Assembly: GCA_045593845.1 (NCBI GenBank)
Contig: JAZNXK010000029.1
Span: 1 to 62,908, forward strand
DNA: 62,908 nt
Direction: 5' to 3'
From: Alphaproteobacteria bacterium
GTDB lineage: Bacteria > Pseudomonadota > Alphaproteobacteria > RF32 > CAG-239
Of the stretch, positions 57,472-62,908 are shown in pieces (positions within the stretch are counted from its first letter, which is position 1; each line of letters opens with the position of its first letter). The position numbers and the translations under genes were made by a program. The notes under the pieces are model-generated. The model was not told the DNA's origin. It searched no databases and saw only the letters and a list, made by a program, of their open reading frames with translations.

Positions 57472-58227
57472 ATGGATATAAAGAATAACCTTCTCAATAA
57501 CACCAAAATAAAAGCCATAACTGATGGCAAACAGATTTTTCCGCACTTTTTGGAAAAAGAAGAAAAAAACAAAAGAGGCCTCAAGCTATATTACTATATG
57601 TGGCTTTCTCGGTTATTTATATTTTCTGCCACAATTTTTCTACTGCTGTTTTTAGCCGCATCTCTTTCACTATTCAAACTTGCGCCCCAGGTAACGGTTG
57701 AACCGTTTTTAATCATAAATCAAAATTCTTCCGCAGAAATGGTGATAGCTGAACCTATAGCCACAAATATGGCCTCAAAAGAAAAATTGATGGAAACTTT
57801 TGTAAAACAATACGTCATATATCGCAATTCTATTGTCAGTGATACCAAAGAAATGCAAACCAGATGGTATCCCGGCGGCTTGATACACTTTCTTTCCAGT
57901 GAAGCGGTATTTAAGAATTTTTACGAACCGATAGAAAGAGATTTGCCTCAAATGGTATCAAACGGACAAAATCGTGAAGTCGAAATTTTATCGGTCGGAA
58001 AAGTTGGCGGGCAAAAAAGTCCTGTGTGGAAAGTTGACTTTAAAACGTATGAAACATCAAACAGCAGCAGAGATTCTGCCACCGGTGTAATAGTTCCGAA
58101 AATACGCTATTGGACAGCCTCAGTTACACCGTTTTTTGTTCCTGAAAGAATTTTTACCGGACGCAGGCTGATAAACCATCTTGGCTTTACCGTTTACAGA
58201 TACAATCAAAGCGAAGTCAGTTTTTAA
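57472..58227 (+). CDS. virB8: VirB8 family protein (copy a; NHLGF in place of NPxG)
   Basis: TM helix, VEPFLI, FVKQYVIYRNS, LSS..VF..F, INHLGFTVYRY. Confidence 0.85.
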   Translation: MDIKNNLLNNTKIKAITDGKQIFPHFLEKEEKNKRGLKLYYYMWLSRLFIFSATIFLLLFLAASLSLFKLAPQVTVEPFLIINQNSSAEMVIAEPIATNMASKEKLMETFVKQYVIYRNSIVSDTKEMQTRWYPGGLIHFLSSEAVFKNFYEPIERDLPQMVSNGQNREVEILSVGKVGGQKSPVWKVDFKTYETSNSSRDSATGVIVPKIRYWTASVTPFFVPERIFTGRRLINHLGFTVYRYNQSEVSF

Positions 58228-58323
58228 AAATAAGCATTCTGTGGCTATCTTGAGAAATGTGTTAGACTTTTGTAAAAAAAGAGTTTAAATTCTAACCAAC
58301 TATAGTTAGAAAAGGAAAAACTC

Positions 58324-58512
58324 ATGAGCAAAAAGTTAATATTGCTGTTCTTCGTATGTTTATTGGCGGGGTGCGGCATCTTTGGTTCGTATTATGAGCC
58401 GGAGCCTGTTGAAATAGGTAAAGCAACGGATGAATTAAAAATGTCTCCTTGCGCCTGTCTTCAAGTTGAATTGCCTCAAACATTACCGGACTGGTTTGTC
58501 GAAACAATCTAA
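58324..58512 (+). CDS. virB7: VirB7-like small lipoprotein
   Basis: LLAG|C lipobox, KMSPCAC motif resembling Rickettsiales RvhB7, located between two virB8 genes. Confidence 0.7.
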   Translation: MSKKLILLFFVCLLAGCGIFGSYYEPEPVEIGKATDELKMSPCACLQVELPQTLPDWFVETI

Positions 58513-58530
58513 AAGTATAGATGAGGCAAA

Positions 58531-59253
58531 ATGGTTAAAACAATAGGAAATAACAACAATCAAAAATTGCTTACCGGCACAACATCAACGAGCCACAAAA
58601 GCTCTGATGGGGATGTTTTTGTTGCAAACACCGAAGAAAAAAGATATTTGTGGACGGCAAGAGCTTTTGCGATTGTAACGGCAATCAGTTTTTGTTGTAA
58701 CATAATTTTGTTATTGGCAATATCCCAAGTTATTCCCTTATACAGAGTAGAACCATTCTTGTTGACTTTTCAAAATAAAGAAGAGCAAATTTATAATCTG
58801 AAACCTATGGGCAGAAGCTTTTCCGATTCAAAATCGGTTACAGAGATTTTTGTTCGCCAATACGTTTTAATGCGCAGCTCTTTTGATAGAGATATCGAAG
58901 ACGTAGAAGCCAGATGGTTACCGGGCGGTAGCATTCAAGAAATGTCCTCTCCTTCTGTTTATGACGATTTTTTGAAAAATACAGCTAATCGCGCTCTGGA
59001 AATTATGAGGAGTCGTCACTTAATAAGAGATGTGCGCATCCTTACTGTGAACGAACTGGGCTCTAATATATGGCAGGTAGAATATGAAACCAGAGATATG
59101 TATCCTGATTCCAGAAAACCTGATGTCAACTACTGGACGGCATCCTTAAAAGTTACATACCGCCACAAAACGGTAAAATACAAAGAGCGTCTGAAAAATC
59201 CCGTAGGATTTACGGTAATAAATTATTCTTTAAGCCATAACACAGTGAAATAG
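58531..59253 (+). CDS. virB8: VirB8 family protein (copy b)
   Basis: TM helix, PLYRVEPFLL, FVRQYVLMR, MSSPSVY, RLKNPVGFTVINY. Confidence 0.92.
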   Translation: MVKTIGNNNNQKLLTGTTSTSHKSSDGDVFVANTEEKRYLWTARAFAIVTAISFCCNIILLLAISQVIPLYRVEPFLLTFQNKEEQIYNLKPMGRSFSDSKSVTEIFVRQYVLMRSSFDRDIEDVEARWLPGGSIQEMSSPSVYDDFLKNTANRALEIMRSRHLIRDVRILTVNELGSNIWQVEYETRDMYPDSRKPDVNYWTASLKVTYRHKTVKYKERLKNPVGFTVINYSLSHNTVK

Positions 59254-59264
59254 GTGGTAATAAT

Positions 59265-60860
59265 ATGTTGTTAAAGCTAGTAAAAATAAATATATTCGTT
59301 TTAATTTCCGTTTTGTTTTCTGCAGATGTTTATGCGCAAACAACCATAGACAGTTTGAACCAAAATGCAGAACAATCCCAAGGGCAATACCAGCCTATGG
59401 ATATGAGTTATGCAGGATTTAATTCTCTGGGCATGATGCAAAGTGCATGGCTTGATCCTTTGCAAAATCTTGGTGAGGGACAGAGCCGACCGGCTTATTC
59501 CAAATATTACTGGTCACCGGATTTGGTTTTGCCTTTGCGCTTGCGTGAGGGAATGATTACCATGGTTAATTTTCCTGAATGGGAAATGATAGAAGATATA
59601 TATCTCGGTGACAGTTCAACATTTGACGGACAAATATCCGGTCCTAATACTTTGCTGTTATATCCCCGTAAAGGCGCAAACGTTGGTGTTGATACAAACA
59701 TCATCGTTTTTGGACGTTCAGGCAATCGCTACGTTTTCTATGCAAGAAGCGAGGGTGTCAACACCGAAAGATTGACGAATTCTATAGTTGATATAGAAGT
59801 TATTGGGGCAGAGAGTGCAAACGGTGGAGTAAGTTCTTTAACCGGAGGAGGACATGCCAATGCTTCAAAATACTATGCCGGTGGAGGAAAATCCGTTGAT
59901 TCCACATTTACAAAGAGAAATCAAAAAAATAATTGGGTAGAAAGCATTCCTTTAGACCCGACAAAATTTCGTTTTGATATAGAAGTATATGTTCCCAATC
60001 CCGATGATGTTGTTATTGCGCCGGAGCGGGTATGGCGTGACGATATTTTTACCTATATTGATTTAGGTGCAAAATCTCTCAATATGACACAGCGCCCCAT
60101 AGTGACCTTAATTGTTGAGCGTATGGAAGTTCCTGTTGGGTTCAGAACCAAAGGTCCGAATAATCGTTTGATTATTGTTGAGGCAATAGGCGATATGGTT
60201 TTGCGTAACGGAAAAAGAATTGTCTGCTTAAAAATGCGCAGATCTGATGATAACGGTTTGGAAGATTCAACAAAGGCTGACGATATTGTTGGTAATGAGT
60301 GGGATAGAGGCGATAAAATACCGAATATGAATTCCAAAGCGGGAGGTGCTGAATATCCTGATGTTACCAGACCGGCAACAGGTAATTCCGCTAATTATCC
60401 TGTCGGACAAACGGATGTTCACGTCGGAAACGGTGAAATTATTGTCCCCGGATACGGAAATCTTGGAGGACAAGGCGCAAATTCCGGTGATTTTGATTAT
60501 TCAAAGATGCACCGCATTCAAAACACACAGCAATTTAACCCTGCGGTAAGCAATTTTGCAAATCAATATCGCAACGGAGCCGGCTTTGGAGATGAAAACG
60601 GATCAAATATATCCATAGAACTCGGCACTGATGCCAATGTCGATAATTTGGAAAATCTATGGGATAATATATTAAGCAAACACGGAAAAACCTTGAAAAA
60701 TTATGATCCTTTCTTTTCCGTAGATGCTCCGGCTGACGGCCAAGGCAAAGAATTATTCCATTTGAGAATAGGTCCCGTAAAAACATTGGATGAGGGCGAT
60801 AAAGTCTGCAGCCAGCTTGGCAGAAGTGGTGTATTTTGTAGTGTGGTCAGAACTCAATGA
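59265..60860 (+). CDS. virB9: VirB9/TrbG family protein fused to a C-terminal SPOR domain
   Basis: Signal peptide, YLGDS, NTLLLYP, DTNIIV..RSG.RY.F, IAPERVWRDDIFTYID; SPOR: IELG...LW...FHLRIGP....GDKVCSQL...GVFCSVV. Confidence 0.88.
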   Translation: MLLKLVKINIFVLISVLFSADVYAQTTIDSLNQNAEQSQGQYQPMDMSYAGFNSLGMMQSAWLDPLQNLGEGQSRPAYSKYYWSPDLVLPLRLREGMITMVNFPEWEMIEDIYLGDSSTFDGQISGPNTLLLYPRKGANVGVDTNIIVFGRSGNRYVFYARSEGVNTERLTNSIVDIEVIGAESANGGVSSLTGGGHANASKYYAGGGKSVDSTFTKRNQKNNWVESIPLDPTKFRFDIEVYVPNPDDVVIAPERVWRDDIFTYIDLGAKSLNMTQRPIVTLIVERMEVPVGFRTKGPNNRLIIVEAIGDMVLRNGKRIVCLKMRRSDDNGLEDSTKADDIVGNEWDRGDKIPNMNSKAGGAEYPDVTRPATGNSANYPVGQTDVHVGNGEIIVPGYGNLGGQGANSGDFDYSKMHRIQNTQQFNPAVSNFANQYRNGAGFGDENGSNISIELGTDANVDNLENLWDNILSKHGKTLKNYDPFFSVDAPADGQGKELFHLRIGPVKTLDEGDKVCSQLGRSGVFCSVVRTQ

Positions 60861-62908
60861 GCAAAGAAGCATTAACACATTCTGAAAATTACATCAAAAA
60901 AACCAACCGCATAATCCTTGCGGTTGGTATAACTTCTTTTATAATATTCATTTTAGGCTTATATTTGCTGTTTGCAAGCAACGGCAATTCCGATGAATAT
61001 GCAGAACCTACATTTTCAGATAATGATGATGCTTTGAATATCTCAAATCAAACGGCAGAAGATGCAAGTATAGAATTCAGTACCATAACTGATGGTGAAG
61101 TTCCGATAACAACAACCCCGAACCCTGTTTCTTTGGGGCAGGTAATTATAGGTTCGGATGCTAAAAATGTGTTGACAATAGGCACTAACGGCAAATCATC
61201 GGTTGTAGTCATATCGGTTCACTTGGCCGAAGCTGCCTTTGACGGATTTGAATATAACGACCAGTGCAGCGGAAAAATATTACGAGGGAAAGAAACTTGC
61301 GATATCACAATGAGTTGGACCCCGGTCGTTACCGGAAACGTTCAAAATAATTTTATTATCTCATGGCATGAAAGTAATGTTTCTCAATCAAGTGCAAAAT
61401 CAGAAAAAGTTACAGTGTTTGGCAATGCCGTAACCAAGGAAGATTGTAACTTTTGTGATGCATCTTCGGTAGAAAATTCCGTCGGAGGCAAAACAAAGTC
61501 AGATAAAGAAAAATCTAACAAAACGCGCGCAATAATAGGCCCTGAAGGCAATATCATAGGCTATGCCAATGATGAAGGATATGTTTATAATGAAAAAGGT
61601 GAAGTTATCGGCCGCGTAAATGAAAACGGTTTGGCTGTAGATGCCGAAGGCAATATTATCGGTGTTGCCAATAATAAAAAGTTGGTTTTTGACGACAATG
61701 GCAATGTTATCGGTTATGTAAATTCAGATGGAACGGTTGTCGATTTGAATAGTAATGTAATCGGCAAAATGCTGCCAGACAATACGGTGGTTGATTTTAA
61801 AGGCAATGTCATCGGCAAAGCTGTGGACATGGGATATGTATATGACGACAATGGCAATACCATCGGTCAGGTAATGTCAGACGGCACCGTTGTTGACAGT
61901 AACGGTAACGTCGTCGGCCGCCTTAATGAAAAGGGCGAAGTTGTGGATGCTTCCGGTAATGTTTTAGGTCGTGTAAACAAAACAGGTCAAGTTGCAATAG
62001 ATGAAAACGGCAATATTTTAGGTGTTGTAATGCCCGACGGAACCGTTGTTGACGCAAACGGTGAGGTTGTAGGGCGCATAGATAAAGACGGCAATGTAAT
62101 AGCCAACAAAATTATACCCAATAACAGCATAAATCGTCGTGCCGTATATGACGATAGCGGAAAGATGGTCGGATATGTCGATAATGACGGTCTTGTTCGC
62201 GATTTTAACGGTAATATTATAGGCAGAACACGTCCTGATGGAACCATTGTAGATAATCAGGGAAAGGAACTGACGGCATCAGGTGTGCGTTTGGCATATG
62301 ATAATGACGGAAAAGTCATAGGTTACGTTGATAAAAACGGCAATGTAATAGGTGCCGAAGGAAAAGTAATCGGCGTAATGACAGAAAATGGTATGATTAT
62401 TGATAAAGAAGGAAAAGTTATCGGTCGTGCGGCTCCTGAAAATGATGAAGAGTCGCAATATAGTGTTTTGGCTTATGATAAAGACGGCAAAGCCATCGGT
62501 TACGTTGACGGCAAAGGCAATGTTCATGACTTTAACGGCAATGTAATCGGCAAAGTTTCGGAAAGTGGTAATATAGTTGATAAAGACGGCAATGTAATCG
62601 GTAAAATAGATCAAAAACGATTGGCCTATGACGAGAACGGTAACGTAATCGGTTATGCAGATGGAAAAGGCGACGTCTATAACTTCAAAGGCGAGAAAAT
62701 AGGTAGAATTAAAGCTGATGGAACAGTAGTTACAAACGCGGAAAGAACAATCGGCAAAGTCTCACCCAATGAGCGCATAGCATACGATAAAAACGGCAAA
62801 GCCATCGGCTATGTAGACGAGAGCGGCACGGTCCGTGACTTTAGCGGCAAGGTAATCGGCAAAGCCCGCGAAGATGGAACAATAGTCGATAATTCCGGTA
62901 ACGTAATC
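60857..62908 (+). CDS. Giant single-TM repeat protein in the virB10 position (truncated by the window end; absent from the ORF track)
   Basis: ATG overlaps the virB9 stop (ATGA); 684 open codons: MSKEALTH..., TM helix ILAVGITSFIIFILGLYLLF, Ig-like domain with C-x10-C, then DxxGxVIG repeats. Confidence 0.85.
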   Translation, partial: MSKEALTHSENYIKKTNRIILAVGITSFIIFILGLYLLFASNGNSDEYAEPTFSDNDDALNISNQTAEDASIEFSTITDGEVPITTTPNPVSLGQVIIGSDAKNVLTIGTNGKSSVVVISVHLAEAAFDGFEYNDQCSGKILRGKETCDITMSWTPVVTGNVQNNFIISWHESNVSQSSAKSEKVTVFGNAVTKEDCNFCDASSVENSVGGKTKSDKEKSNKTRAIIGPEGNIIGYANDEGYVYNEKGEVIGRVNENGLAVDAEGNIIGVANNKKLVFDDNGNVIGYVNSDGTVVDLNSNVIGKMLPDNTVVDFKGNVIGKAVDMGYVYDDNGNTIGQVMSDGTVVDSNGNVVGRLNEKGEVVDASGNVLGRVNKTGQVAIDENGNILGVVMPDGTVVDANGEVVGRIDKDGNVIANKIIPNNSINRRAVYDDSGKMVGYVDNDGLVRDFNGNIIGRTRPDGTIVDNQGKELTASGVRLAYDNDGKVIGYVDKNGNVIGAEGKVIGVMTENGMIIDKEGKVIGRAAPENDEESQYSVLAYDKDGKAIGYVDGKGNVHDFNGNVIGKVSESGNIVDKDGNVIGKIDQKRLAYDENGNVIGYADGKGDVYNFKGEKIGRIKADGTVVTNAERTIGKVSPNERIAYDKNGKAIGYVDESGTVRDFSGKVIGKAREDGTIVDNSGNVI
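61529..62908 (+). repeat. Degenerate ~16-aa V-x-D-x-x-G-x-V-I-G repeats (DUF3659-like) grouped as ~50-aa triplets
   Basis: e.g. LAYDKDGKAIGYVDGKG NVHDFNGNVIGKVSESG NIVDKDGNVIGKIDQKR LAYDENGNVIGYADGKG. Confidence 0.9.

Noticed and set aside
61987-62614. Minus-strand ORFs listed at the end of the track
   Set aside because: Shadows of the real plus-strand ORF starting at 60857

Overview
AT-rich chromosomal segment of an anaerobic alphaproteobacterium. The G|RSxxE-type pilin, class III RNR and Rickettsiales-like T4SS genes suggest a gut RF32/CAG-495-like lineage (inference). Positions 1-43.6 kb are mostly housekeeping genes: dnaB, tRNA-fMet, a partial Bat operon, msbA, a porin, xth, lolA, a split nrdD plus nrdG under tandem NrdR boxes, alr, tatD, tcdA, uup, thrS, cysS and gltX. 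Four regions stand out. (1) From 43.9 kb to the end lies an unusual chromosomal type IV secretion locus: three VirB2 pilins, an interleaved type IV (prepilin-peptidase class) pilin, virB3-virB4, four secreted VirB5/TrbJ-like proteins where virB6 would be expected, an rvh-like virB8-virB7-virB8 order, a VirB9-SPOR fusion and a giant repeat protein in the virB10 position that the ORF track missed. (2) Two large acidic orphan proteins (22.4-26.8 kb) share an LPD7-like domain and are candidate T4SS effectors. The C-terminal half of one looks like a Bacteroidota lipoprotein, with an internal lipobox and 8 D-[ST]-[AILVMT] O-glycosylation sequons versus 0 in its N-terminal half. (3) A mini-island at the tRNA-fMet carries a 3+3 zinc-ribbon-repeat nuclease with a clamp-binding-like tail, bracketed by inverted repeats. 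(4) A membrane-anchored FliG-like / FlhG / DnaJ-SH3 operon sits behind a CtrA-like box with no other flagellar genes nearby. All calls come from reading motifs by eye; no searches were run.
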